Assembly: GCA_000002445.1 (NCBI GenBank)
Contig: CM000207.1
Location: 352,001-416,000 of the forward strand
Origin: Trypanosoma brucei
Lineage: Eukaryota
Reading direction: 5' to 3'
DNA: 64,000 bases
The notes beneath the pieces are model-generated. The model searched no databases and was not told the origin of the DNA. It worked only from the letters and a program-made list of their open reading frames with translations. How positions within the stretch are numbered: the first letter of the stretch is position 1; the number at the start of each line of letters is the position of its first letter. This document shows positions 20,959-31,452 of the stretch, piece by piece. The translations under genes and the position numbers were made by a program.

Positions 20959-21255
20959 TAAAGTAAGGACTACACCCCTTCCTTGGTGAACAAGCAACAA
21001 AGTAGTTCAGAGACGTAATACACTCCTTGGTACGGATGATGTTCAAAATAGGGCTTCTAGAGTAAAGGGTTACAACACTTTGGGGTAACCTATTCCAGCA
21101 TCACCTGCGGAGGTGGACAAACAGTAATTCATTCATAGAGTCAACGATGCAGTTGAGTGGGGTTACGGTGTTTTTGTCGCTGTCCACACACAGTGAAGAG
21201 ATGTAAGTGATAACAGACGACAACTGGAAAGTGATCATGTTACAACATCGCCGCT

Positions 21256-21990
21256 TCACTCAGATCGGGGGCGCTTCTGCCCTTTCCCCACGTCCTCCAC
21301 TGTTGCATCAGCAGTGCCAACATGTAATGTAACGGTGCGCTTCTCGCCCCCGTTCGCCGCGTCTCTTGTGAAAGAAGTGGGAACAGAGGTTGACTGGTGA
21401 GCATCAGGATCCGCAGGACCATGACTGCTCCCTTTCGTCTTCAATTTATCAACGAGTTGCTTCATTGAGTTGAGATGCAATGTTGACTGCTCCAGTGATT
21501 CCTCAACTTCCCTGAGCGCATGACTCGTGAGCACGCACAACGCCCTTAACTGCCGTAAACACAACCGACGGAGCTTAACACTAACATTTTCCTCCTCTTT
21601 ATCACGTTCAATATCCTCCGCTAGCTCAGCGCGGATCGTTGCTAATCGTCTCTCCCGAGCCTCCTTTGCGGCCTTCGCTTCCTCAATCGCCTTACCATTT
21701 CCCCCAGATGTGATGGCGACTTGCTGAACAACATTAGGAGGTGGTGGCTGATTCGCCACCCACACGGTTACACTGCTAGTAAGGTCACCAAATGCGGTAC
21801 CGCTAAAAGTCAGGGCCGTACTAACGCTGTTTAAGCTGCTGAAAATAACAATAAGACGATCTGCAACATCCCATCCCTCGATTGGCCCACACTTCGTAGC
21901 GAGTAGGCGGACAAAATCCTCGTAAAAGGCGGAAGGACAACCATCCACATAAATCGTCCGGTGAAGTTTACCAACGAGATCAAGTGTCAT
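21256..21990 (-). CDS. hypothetical protein (244 aa from the first ATG) with a C-terminal coiled-coil / charged region
   Basis: The ORF-track start at 22027-22029 is TTG; the first in-frame ATG is at 21988-21990 (MTLDLVGKLHRTIYVDG...). The region after about residue 140 is KEAREARERRLATIRAELAEDIERDKEE-type charged helix. No catalytic motif. Confidence 0.45.
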   Translation of the reverse strand: MTLDLVGKLHRTIYVDGCPSAFYEDFVRLLATKCGPIEGWDVADRLIVIFSSLNSVSTALTFSGTAFGDLTSSVTVWVANQPPPPNVVQQVAITSGGNGKAIEEAKAAKEARERRLATIRAELAEDIERDKEEENVSVKLRRLCLRQLRALCVLTSHALREVEESLEQSTLHLNSMKQLVDKLKTKGSSHGPADPDAHQSTSVPTSFTRDAANGGEKRTVTLHVGTADATVEDVGKGQKRPRSE

Positions 21991-22659
21991 GGTAATGGGG
22001 TAACAGTTCAAGCAGTCCAACCACCACAATAATCGTAAACTTTGATGGAACTACGCCTGTCGTCGCGAAGTATACATATATATATATATCAAGTACCGTG
22101 TGAAAGAAGAAACAATAAAATGCAAAGAACTGATGAGCAGCAGAGAAACATTATATAGCAAAGCAGAGGGTATAGCGAATAACATATACACGACCAGAGA
22201 CGCCGAAATTATAAACCGACCACAAAGTGAACAGGCATAATACCATTAAAAAACACACAAAACAGCCGGTGACTAATGTCATAGTAGAAAAAAAAATGAA
22301 AGAAGAAACAGTATGCTACGATAGCGGATGTCGCTTACATCGAATGGCACAGCAATCAGGAACGTTAGGAGGGCACGTAAAAGCATACATGTACTTCCTC
22401 ATAATTGCATATAATCAACAGTTTTTTGTTGTAAGAAAAATATAAAAAATAATAATCTATAAATCCCGCATAAGGTAACAACGCTGAAAAATATGGATTC
22501 ATCGCTTAGCTGTTGTATTCTATTTATCTAACAAGATCCTCTTGTTGCCTCTATGTTAGCCATTTTTTTTTAATTCAAATAAAAACGGCAGTGTACAGCC
22601 CGCCTCTACATCTTCAGCAGACGGGGAAAACAACCACCAGCAACTTCAAAAAAAAAAAG

Positions 22660-24612
22660 CTATCTCACGTCATATGACGACCCTTTATGATGAGAGGGCG
22701 GTGCCGTACCATTCATCATCACACCTGATTTCAAAGTTTTTGGGCGGTTGGAAGCCGCGGCATGCAGGGCGCCGCTACAATTATTGTCGGCATCATCCTC
22801 ATCATCAAAACATAACCTCAAAGCGCAGCTAGCCACTTCATACTCCTCATGATCACTCGGACTGCTGCCCCGGCCGTTAATGCGATGATAGCCGCTAATA
22901 TCACGGCGATATCTTGCGGAGGTAGGCGGCGCAAATGCGAAAGAAGAGTGTGTTGAGGTTCCTAATTGCGCATGATGTTGCCCGGTGGTAGTCCCACTGC
23001 CGTCGCTTGCACTGTTGTGTAACCGAATACCACTGTAACTCACACCATAACTTGATGTCCCAACGTCATCACGACTACACTTCGATGTGGCTGCCGCGGC
23101 TACGACGGGAGTGTGACTGATCGGAGAAGCACTGTGGAGCCACTCACTGTGAGTCTGAGATACGATACTGGGGGTACTTACGTTGCTCAAACTTTGCATG
23201 CATTCTGTTGATCGCAGAGGGCTTATAGTTATGAGGCTTGCGCTCGTACCAGAATAATCATCCACGGGACAACGGACTCTTTCTGTGGTGGCGCGAACTC
23301 GAACAATATCAGAAGCCGAGGGGCAACTCAACGTTGTACTTTTATCCATATCTTTATGGTTGTGGCTGTGGTTGGCGACGCAGTTGGTGCCAGTATGATG
23401 AACCGGCTCCGGAACATTCAACGTGGGTGCTCGGCTGCAGCACCACGACTCTTTTTTCTGCTGAATCCATCGGGTGCCATTTTTGGTTGTGTCAAAACTA
23501 CCTTGGTGTTGTAACACCGGCTCCTCAGCACGTGCTCGGTGCTTACTCTCGATGTAACGGTTGCTTATGCGACAATTACAGTCCCCTCTCATGAACGGGT
23601 GGTTCAACGCCTCCTGGCACGAAAACCGCAAGGCCTCATCCACGCGCAAAAGTCCTTGGAGGAAATGTCGTGCCGTTGGTGACAACTGTGAAGGGTAACG
23701 AATGGCACCGGAGGCAATGCATGAACACACGTCTCGTGCATCTAACATCTCGAAGGGCAGGAAACCGCAAAGCATACGATATGCTACTACACCAACAGCC
23801 CACAAATCAGCTTTGGTAGTGCAACCACGCTTCAGCACTTGTTCAGGTGCTAGATAGTCCAGCGTGCCACAAACCGTATGGCGTCTGCAATACCGAGGGT
23901 CGCTGTTGTTTACGCGCACGGCCCAAGAGAAATCGGCGAGAAGCAGCTTTTCTCCATGAAAAAGGATGTTATCTGGTTTTACATCACGGTGAATAATGTC
24001 CCTCTCGTGCAAAAAAGCCAATGCCGACAGAAGCTGTAGGAGAATGGTACGCACCTTATCATCAGGAAGAGAGGATCTCTGCTCCTTTTCTCTGTAGCAA
24101 TCAAGCAAATCCTGTAGGGTTCCACTATCTGCATATTCTAGCACTAGAACGATCCGCACATCATCCCAAAAGTACGCAAAAAGACGCAGAACATTCTTGT
24201 GGTAGCGCCCAGCGTATTCCTGTAATTCCACTTCACGTTGTAGTTGGTGGGCAAGGCTGTGAAAGCGAATCATATCCTTTGAAATGCATTTGAGGACCAC
24301 AGCGCATTTGCTCTGCTTCTCCCTAGCAAGGTAAACTTTCCCAAAACGGCCTTCGTCAAGTTTTCGTATTATAACAAAATCGTCCAAAGACCACATGGAA
24401 CGGTCCGCTGCGTGGTTCTGATGTTTACCGGGGGAAGGGGTTCGGTTAAATTGAAAACTTGCATCAGATGTCGAAGAAACATTCGCTACGACTGGGGATG
24501 GCGTTTCATCCAACTTAAAAGCTCCCGTGTCGCACCATTTCCCATGGCTGGCAGGAGTTCCTCTCTGCGCGCCGTCGTCACGTAAAGACGGCTCGCACAG
24601 ACGTGTGCTCAT
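22660..24612 (-). CDS. Aurora-family Ser/Thr protein kinase with a long (about 300 aa) Ser-rich low-complexity C-terminal extension
   Basis: The kinase domain is collinear with Aurora kinases: GRFGKVYLAREKQSKCAVVLKCISK, QLQREVELQ, HRDVKPDNILF, DFSWAV and GTLDYLAPE. ATG confirmed at 24610-24612. Residues from about 340 to 650 are S/T/G-rich with no motifs. Confidence 0.85.
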   Translation of the reverse strand: MSTRLCEPSLRDDGAQRGTPASHGKWCDTGAFKLDETPSPVVANVSSTSDASFQFNRTPSPGKHQNHAADRSMWSLDDFVIIRKLDEGRFGKVYLAREKQSKCAVVLKCISKDMIRFHSLAHQLQREVELQEYAGRYHKNVLRLFAYFWDDVRIVLVLEYADSGTLQDLLDCYREKEQRSSLPDDKVRTILLQLLSALAFLHERDIIHRDVKPDNILFHGEKLLLADFSWAVRVNNSDPRYCRRHTVCGTLDYLAPEQVLKRGCTTKADLWAVGVVAYRMLCGFLPFEMLDARDVCSCIASGAIRYPSQLSPTARHFLQGLLRVDEALRFSCQEALNHPFMRGDCNCRISNRYIESKHRARAEEPVLQHQGSFDTTKNGTRWIQQKKESWCCSRAPTLNVPEPVHHTGTNCVANHSHNHKDMDKSTTLSCPSASDIVRVRATTERVRCPVDDYSGTSASLITISPLRSTECMQSLSNVSTPSIVSQTHSEWLHSASPISHTPVVAAAATSKCSRDDVGTSSYGVSYSGIRLHNSASDGSGTTTGQHHAQLGTSTHSSFAFAPPTSARYRRDISGYHRINGRGSSPSDHEEYEVASCALRLCFDDEDDADNNCSGALHAAASNRPKTLKSGVMMNGTAPPSHHKGSSYDVR

Positions 24613-24689
24613 GTATGATCACTATAGCAGGCGAATATATATATATATTTGTGTATAAATATGTGATATATAAAACACCTGAAGGACAC

Positions 24690-24745
24690 AAAAGAAGAAA
24701 CCCTTGTGCCCCCTTCAAAAAAAAAAAAAGAGAAATACTATATAT
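24690..24745 (-). promoter_or_regulatory. polypyrimidine tract upstream of the Aurora-like kinase gene
   Basis: Plus strand aaagaagaaacccttgtgcccccttcaaaaaaaaaaaaagagaaa is T/C-rich on the minus strand, about 80-130 nt upstream of the ATG at 24612. Confidence 0.35.
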
Positions 24746-25285
24746 GTTATAACCAATGTCTCCTCCAACGGCCACAAAGATCACTGAAAAAGCAGGGAGG
24801 AGGAAAAAAAAAAGAGAGAGAAACAAAGAAGATGCCAAGGAAAGTAAAAGGAAGTAACAACTCAGAAGCAAAGATAGCACTCGCAACTTGAACAACTTAA
24901 CTCACTCAGCACAAAACTCTTTTTTTTTCTTCAAAAAAAAATGCAACAAGTGAAAAAACAAAACATATATCACTTCTGAGTATCGCGTCACGCGGAGTGC
25001 AACAACACAACTTCATGTTGTTTTGTTTCGCTGTTTTGGTCGCTTCAGCACACACAACTGCCGGCAAGTACCAAATTCCATATCCAACCAAACTGCAAAA
25101 TCACGTGTGCGAAACAAGTACCGGTCGTTAAATTACGAAGGCGAGAAGAGCAAAGAAGTCGCGGAGTTGTAACGTTGCACACTAAAGTGACCGCGTATGT
25201 CCATAAGCAAAGATACCTTCGAAGACTAAGAAAAGAGAACGTCAGAACATCGCTGGTTCGTAGTTATACCCCACGCACCAGTTTC

Positions 25286-26119
25286 TCACTTGGAAATACG
25301 CAGCCGGTTCTCCAGAGCGACAACTTTCGTTTCCAGTTCGTCATTGGCGCGCAGCAAATATAATAGAGCAGGTTCCGCTATCAATTTGTTCAGCGTGTAG
25401 AATTGAGCATCCTGCAAACCGCGTGCCGCCTCTACGGCATCAGCCATCCCACCACATCGCTGACGAACGAGTTCCACAGCCGCCTCCACTTCCGTTCGAA
25501 ACGTTTGCAAAAGCCGGTATGTTATATCAATCACAGGTGGTGATTTGAGCGGCATCTGGGAAATGGGAACAACCTCCAACTCCACCATCTCATGTGTTTC
25601 ACCAGGTCCCGTACGGAAGCAGTGAATAGATGTGGCATTCCGCTGCGTGCTGTCGCAGTAGAAAACACTGAATATGAGACCCACCCATCCACTCTCCAGC
25701 ATTTGGTATGACAGTTGCGAGCGAAGGTCCACGTGCGAGGGATATGGTGTAATACGTGGATGGCTGTGATACCAACCTATAACCCGTGTATGTGTCCCCA
25801 CTAACTCTGTGCAACGCTCTGCTTCCTCACTAGCGCCGGAAAGCACCTCAGGCGCAGTTTCCACACGGTCCGAGCGACGCACGCTGCGCTGCACTACCCA
25901 CGAATCCCACACGTTGGCTTCCTTGTATAAAATAGGGCTGGAACGGAAATCTTCACTTCCAACATCCGAATATGGATCGGAGTCCTTTGCAACACATATT
26001 TCCCCGAGCAGTAAACCCATCACCTCCTCCTGCTCCGTGGAGAATGCATGGGCGTAGCATGCCTGAACAACCGTGTCCGCCACACGGACCTTTTTCAATG
26101 GCGCATGCTTCGCCTCCAT
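25286..26119 (-). CDS. BRCC36: JAMM/MPN+ metalloprotease deubiquitinase, BRCC36 (BRCC3)-like
   Basis: JAMM motif E...HxH-x7-S-xx-D is present (EEVMGLLLGE; GWYHSHPRITPYPSHVDL). Extended collinear similarity to human BRCC36: HAFSTEQEEVMGL versus HALSTEKEEVMGL, and RRSDRVE...AERCTEL...RVIGWYHSHPRITPYPSHVDLRSQLSYQM...VGLIFS versus RRSDKRKDRVE...AERLAEL...RVVGWYHSHPHITVWPSHVDVRTQAMYQM...VGLIFS. ATG at 26117-26119. Confidence 0.85.
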   Translation of the reverse strand: MEAKHAPLKKVRVADTVVQACYAHAFSTEQEEVMGLLLGEICVAKDSDPYSDVGSEDFRSSPILYKEANVWDSWVVQRSVRRSDRVETAPEVLSGASEEAERCTELVGTHTRVIGWYHSHPRITPYPSHVDLRSQLSYQMLESGWVGLIFSVFYCDSTQRNATSIHCFRTGPGETHEMVELEVVPISQMPLKSPPVIDITYRLLQTFRTEVEAAVELVRQRCGGMADAVEAARGLQDAQFYTLNKLIAEPALLYLLRANDELETKVVALENRLRISK

Positions 26120-26223
26120 GAAGAAGGGAAGTCACACTACGAAACAGGGGGAGAAGGAAAAGAAAATTCGCAGATCCAGACTTCGCATCCACATCGGAAG
26201 CACAACAGAATTTAAAAAAACAA

Positions 26224-26266
26224 ATATATATATATATGTATGTGTGTGTGTATGTATGTATGTATA
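26224..26266. repeat. compound (TA)n(TG)n(TATG)n microsatellite
   Basis: atatatatatatgtatgtgtgtgtgtatgtatgtatgtatag, intergenic. Confidence 0.85.
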
Positions 26267-27048
26267 GAAGAAGAGACGCAGGGATACGGTCAAACAGTTA
26301 TCGATGAACTTATGCACACTGTGCCGAAGATGACACGAGCAAAATCAAACAACTCAGTACAGCAGATGGAAAACCAACGAAATGGCACCGACACACAAGC
26401 GCATGTACATGTAAACACACGCGGAAATTTATACGAAATATATATATATATATGACAATGGGGAAGCCGACTTTTACTCCCTTTTCCTTTGTTTCCTCAT
26501 GTGAAATGATCGAGATGATATCAGCGGTTACGGGGAGTTTGGAGGACAAATAAATAAGTAAGAACAGCAAACTAAAATCACCGACGCGGACAACTACCAA
26601 CACAAAAATATACAGCCCGGTTACACATATGCGTATGCGGAGGCATAGGTACTTGTATAACATGGATGTATGCATATGCACCTGAATGCAAAAAAATGTA
26701 GATATATAGATAAGGATATAGATATAGATATATAAGACTGGAGCAATTAACAACCTAACACACACGCTGCATAGTCACTTCATAAACATTCCACTACGCT
26801 GCAACCACTGGTTCTTGGCACCTCCCATCCTCCTACTCTATATAATTATTCCATCTCCCTTTTTGTACCTTCCTCGTTTTTTATTCCCCTGTATAGTCGA
26901 CATTGTTGCCGTCTATGTCCTCTAAAAAACACCCAAAAACAAGTAACGAAACACCAAATGAAATTTAAAAAAAAACGCACAAGCTGGCGCACATAACCTC
27001 TATGTACAAACTCGTTGGAAAAGAGCTCCACACGTCTCAACTGCATTC

Positions 27049-28854
27049 TTACAATTGGGTTTGTCCAATTGATTGGCATTTACTGAAACCTTGATTCTCT
27101 ATAACTGTGCGGAACAAAGACACTACAGTGTGCTGCGGTAGTTCACCAACAAGCTCCCATACCTGTGGCTCCTCTTGAAGCAGAGTGAAAAAATTTCCCC
27201 CCACATATTTGATGGCACGCTCGTGTAACTCCGGGACCTGATGTTTTGTTGAGTACATGAGCATTCGGAGAGCGTTCTGATAATTAAATGCCTCGTCGGC
27301 CTCTTTTTTTAACTGTCCATCCATACCAAATACGGCATGCATCTTCAGAACAATGGCAACATCCTCCGCCGAAAAGTCGTGTTGAGAATCGATGTGGTGA
27401 GAGTAAATAGCCGCGAGCAGCTTGTGCCATGCGCGTTGAGAAAAGTCAAACTCCTCCGAAGTGAATGACAGCTGAGATGACGGCAATTTGGAGCCCATTG
27501 CCTGTGAGAAAAGAATGCAACGTGAGGCAAGAACAAACCGATGAGCCTTCAGCACAAACTTCTGGGGACCAACAGTTAAATTTATGTCACTGTATTCACC
27601 AGACTCTGCCAACCACGTCAACTGCTTGCTAAGAGTATTCTTTACGGCGGGAATGCAAATTGGCGGCACCGTCTCCTGGCTGCGAAGTATCAGTGACAGT
27701 CGACGGAAGAGGTGACCGGGTATTTCCTCAAACTTCGGGTCTTGAATGAGTGTGTCGTAGTTTTCAAGCAGTGCCGACAAATAGAGTGCATTAAGCACCT
27801 CATCAGCCGCGTTAAATCGCGTCAACGCAATGTTAAGGATATTTTCGGACGTCAGAAGCGGCTCCACGAACCTCACACACAGGCTGCAAAGATCATAGAA
27901 TTCGCAGGCAGCTGCCAGAAGATACAAATCTAAAAGCGCCTCCGCCGACATAACGCCTTGCTCCGGGAGTTCTTCCGTGTATATGTAACGAAGGAAGGCG
28001 GAAAAAACAGCCGACGATACGGAAATGGCAACACTACATCCGGGTTGTAATGGTAGTATTGCAGCTGGAAGGATGGGGCGCATACGGGCAGCCACGATGC
28101 AGCGATGTGCCTTAAAACAACCGCCTTCCACTTCAAATGTCATATCCGCAAGCCCCTCCAGATGCTCGAAAGGGTATAAAAGGGGCGCCCGCAATGGTAT
28201 AGTCAAAGGACTTGGGATGAAGCTATTCCCAGGGGCTTGTGTGAAACGTTGGTTGTTTGAAGGAGAGCGGTGCACACTGCCGTTCACTCGGTCCCCGGCG
28301 TGACCTCTACGAGCGGAAGAATCTGCATCTCGATGTCGATCCACATTTGCAGGACATGGGTTAGAGGAAATGCTGAGGGAGCGCCTCCGCTGCGACTCAT
28401 TTGTATCACAAACCATTAGCAAAACCTCTATATCTATGAAGTAAGCATTGGATGCTTCATCTCGGTAAAGAAACTCACTCTGCGCACCAGTCAGTTGTCG
28501 GAGTGGCACGAAATGATTCACTCCCCACGCGCTACCGGTTTTCTGAAAGGTGCACCTAAATGTGGAACTCTTTGACAACCGTGTGTCCATATAGCACACC
28601 AAAGTTAATTTGAATTGAGCCACTACATGCTGTTGCGTGCAGAGTTGGAGATGTACAGAAAGGTAGGGCTCGTTAGATGGTGGAGCGCAACGCTGCTGAA
28701 GATGCAGCCGCCACAGATGATCCCCAATCCCGAATTTTGGACTGCAGTGAACAGTATCCGTCCTAGCAATTGTTTGTAGGATCTGTACAGGGCAGCTGTA
28801 GCGAAACCGGACGCTGTTGTTCGCAAGTACCTCCACCGTCTCAAGTAGTTCCAT
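27049..28854 (-). CDS. MATH-like plus two BTB/POZ domains (SPOP-like architecture; likely cullin-3 substrate adaptor)
   Basis: The N-terminal approx. 130 aa resemble a MATH/TRAF fold (NSVRFRYSCPV...SPKFGIGDHLWRLHLQQ). BTB motifs follow at DMTFEVEGGCFKAHRCIVAARMRPIL and DINLTVGPQKFVLKAHRFVLASRCILFSQAMGS. ATG at 28852-28854. Confidence 0.7.
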   Translation of the reverse strand: MELLETVEVLANNSVRFRYSCPVQILQTIARTDTVHCSPKFGIGDHLWRLHLQQRCAPPSNEPYLSVHLQLCTQQHVVAQFKLTLVCYMDTRLSKSSTFRCTFQKTGSAWGVNHFVPLRQLTGAQSEFLYRDEASNAYFIDIEVLLMVCDTNESQRRRSLSISSNPCPANVDRHRDADSSARRGHAGDRVNGSVHRSPSNNQRFTQAPGNSFIPSPLTIPLRAPLLYPFEHLEGLADMTFEVEGGCFKAHRCIVAARMRPILPAAILPLQPGCSVAISVSSAVFSAFLRYIYTEELPEQGVMSAEALLDLYLLAAACEFYDLCSLCVRFVEPLLTSENILNIALTRFNAADEVLNALYLSALLENYDTLIQDPKFEEIPGHLFRRLSLILRSQETVPPICIPAVKNTLSKQLTWLAESGEYSDINLTVGPQKFVLKAHRFVLASRCILFSQAMGSKLPSSQLSFTSEEFDFSQRAWHKLLAAIYSHHIDSQHDFSAEDVAIVLKMHAVFGMDGQLKKEADEAFNYQNALRMLMYSTKHQVPELHERAIKYVGGNFFTLLQEEPQVWELVGELPQHTVVSLFRTVIENQGFSKCQSIGQTQL

Positions 28855-29367
28855 GACTTCTGTGCTCTAGGTACAACAACTCGGAGCAAAGACAAAGAAG
28901 AAAAAAAAAGAGAGGGGGAAGGAAATAAGTAATTGCATACGCACCCCCACGTACAACTTAAATCAGGAAGGTTCACTGCTAGTTAAGACGCTCGTATATA
29001 AAGTTTTCTTTTTTGAAAAAAATATATATATGTATCGTGTACTCCCGCACTCATCCCCTCTACTCACCCCTATCACGCAATCCCACTCTAATATTCTGAC
29101 CCCAAGTAGGGAAAGCTGTATATACAAATTTTCATCTATCCAGATCCATTCAACTTCAGTGACCGATTTGGCAGTAAAATTGCGAAGACAAGGGCATATC
29201 GAACCAAACAGACACACACACAAAAAAAAAAAGAAGAACTTGTAGGACAAAAAAACTGGGGAAGGGTAACAGAAAAACAAAAGCATATAACAGGCTCAAC
29301 TCTACGGAAGAAGTATCGAACTGAAAGGTGTGTTGAACAGGACATGTGCCTTCATAAAGTCCCGTAC

Positions 29368-30765
29368 CTAAGAAGTTACGTCAGCGCAGTTGTCTTTTTC
29401 TGGAAGCGACTCCAGAAGATTTTCGGCAATGGTCCGGAGATGTTCAACTTGCTTCATGATGCGAGAGTAGGCGTTGCCGGTTGCTCGCCCATCAAGCCAT
29501 TCTGACACCTCCCGCAAGCGGTCTGCATACTCACGCTGAGCAACAAACTGTGCATCGCCTGCAAATGTATGTGTAAGCAAAGACAATGGTGTCAACAGCG
29601 TGCGACGCAGCGCCCCTTCGAGATGTGCCACAAACTCCTCAGAGAGACTAAGCTTACATATGTGGTGCATTACGATGGAAACGTTGCTAAACTCCTTCAA
29701 TAGTGAGGCGCAGTTCTCTTGCAACCGCTCAGGTAAATGCTCATGACCGGCGACAGGGTGGCTCGACACAGCGCATGCTTTCGTGAGTATACGTTTCACT
29801 CGCAGCTCGAAAACGTTAGCCCAGCGCCTGCATCCCTCCTCCACACCCGATAATGAATGAGTTTGCCGCAAAGCTTCCCGAGTTTTTTGATATGTAGACA
29901 CGGCAAGTTCAATCCACTCCCGATTTACCTCCATTAGGGCGTCGCGAATCGTCTGGTTCGGTTCTAGCAGTTCACTTCGCTCCAATAACACAAGGAAGTT
30001 GGTGTCCATCACATTTACGTTCGAGGCAAAGGAAGCACAGAATTCTCGAAGGTCTTCCAACGACTTTAACTCCTTCAACGTGGCTATCTGTTCCTGGCAC
30101 CAAAGTAGAAGTTTTTTTTGATCCCTCAGCAAGTCGGAGACGCACTCACGTTGAAGTTGGCGGCGGTGCCTTTCGCGGTTTAAAAGAGCATTAACACGCA
30201 ACTGCATTTTGGCGATCAGCTCTAACTGATCGCGAAGAACGCTAGGAGAAAGTGACGTACTATCTTCCCCTGCGTTATCAAGTTCCATGATAACGGATGT
30301 TGCCGAAGAAGAGAGTGGAGGCCAAAGATCAAATGAACTGTTAATGCCCGCCTCCTGTTGAACGGTGGTGACAATTGTGTACGGGGAACACATTAGTGCA
30401 TTTGATACGCGCTCCCTGTAGTGTGCTAATTCATTATACGCCGCGGCCCATCGGCGAGCCAATCCATTGTGATGCGACTCTCCCAATGTTTTACCGCGGA
30501 GTTGTTGTATCTTCTGCGTCAACTCCTCACGACGGCGTTGAGCTTCAGCGCACCTTGCCTTCGCAGCTGCACGCCGCTCTTCCACAGTTTGTGAAACGAA
30601 GTGTTCCACAAACTGTTTCTGTCTTCTCAACGCCTGCATTTCCGCTTCGGCAAGACGCACATGCGCCTCCAAGGACTCACCACTCGCAGGGTCTAATAAA
30701 TAAATATCATGGCAAAGGCTCCCAATCTCGGCCTTCGCTATAGTTTTCAAGTTGTACCCCGTCAT
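29368..30765 (-). CDS. hypothetical protein, 465 aa, largely alpha-helical/coiled-coil
   Basis: ATG at 30763-30765. Long ORF in the unit's orientation with charged heptad-like segments (RRAAAKARCAEAQRRREELTQKIQQLRGK). No recognisable catalytic domain. Confidence 0.55.
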   Translation of the reverse strand: MTGYNLKTIAKAEIGSLCHDIYLLDPASGESLEAHVRLAEAEMQALRRQKQFVEHFVSQTVEERRAAAKARCAEAQRRREELTQKIQQLRGKTLGESHHNGLARRWAAAYNELAHYRERVSNALMCSPYTIVTTVQQEAGINSSFDLWPPLSSSATSVIMELDNAGEDSTSLSPSVLRDQLELIAKMQLRVNALLNRERHRRQLQRECVSDLLRDQKKLLLWCQEQIATLKELKSLEDLREFCASFASNVNVMDTNFLVLLERSELLEPNQTIRDALMEVNREWIELAVSTYQKTREALRQTHSLSGVEEGCRRWANVFELRVKRILTKACAVSSHPVAGHEHLPERLQENCASLLKEFSNVSIVMHHICKLSLSEEFVAHLEGALRRTLLTPLSLLTHTFAGDAQFVAQREYADRLREVSEWLDGRATGNAYSRIMKQVEHLRTIAENLLESLPEKDNCADVTS

Positions 30766-30974
30766 TAACTTTAAGTACTTTTCCTTTCCCCTCTACGCTC
30801 TATTACTGGTAGTGCAACTCCACACTGAGGTGCCCGTGCGAAGTGTTGTAAAAAGAACACCTCACACTTGTTAAGCCTCTCACGCACCCAGAAATCGGAA
30901 TGCTTCGTTTAACACCCCACGCGTCTCTTATTTGTACCCTCGGCGTCCCACTAACCAACCTTGAGAATATTGAG

Positions 30975-30975
30975 A

Positions 30976-31000
<25 letters not shown>
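30975..31000. repeat. (AT)n microsatellite followed by a poly(T) run
   Basis: atatatatatatatatatatatat then ttttttttt, intergenic. Confidence 0.85.
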
Positions 31001-31006
<6 letters not shown>

Positions 31007-31452
31007 CTATATGTATATGTCTGTGAGATGGGTAAGATAAGTGACCTGTAAAAAGTATGAATTAGACCAAATTGTAAATAAGAAAGACGAAAATAGAGAA
31101 ACAGGGAAAGCAAAGCTACTGCTACTGCTGTTGTTGTTATTTTGGTGTTCAACACGTGTAATCAACAGACTGGAGTGTTACACGAACGTTAACGTGAAGC
31201 GCACGGGATTCAGGAAACTTGTCACGGCGAGCGTCAACTTGGTAGTGACTCCCCACGCATTAGCACAGCATCAAAATGGGAGGCAACCCCTGACCATATT
31301 ACTCACTGAATGGATGCAAACCACGATGACACACCAAAGTTGTGTAGCCTTTAAACATACACACATAAAGAACTGGTATAAACCGCACCAAATATTATAC
31401 GTGGACTGTGGCTTCATTGTTTTCTTTCCCTTTGCTTCCTCACAGCCACTGT

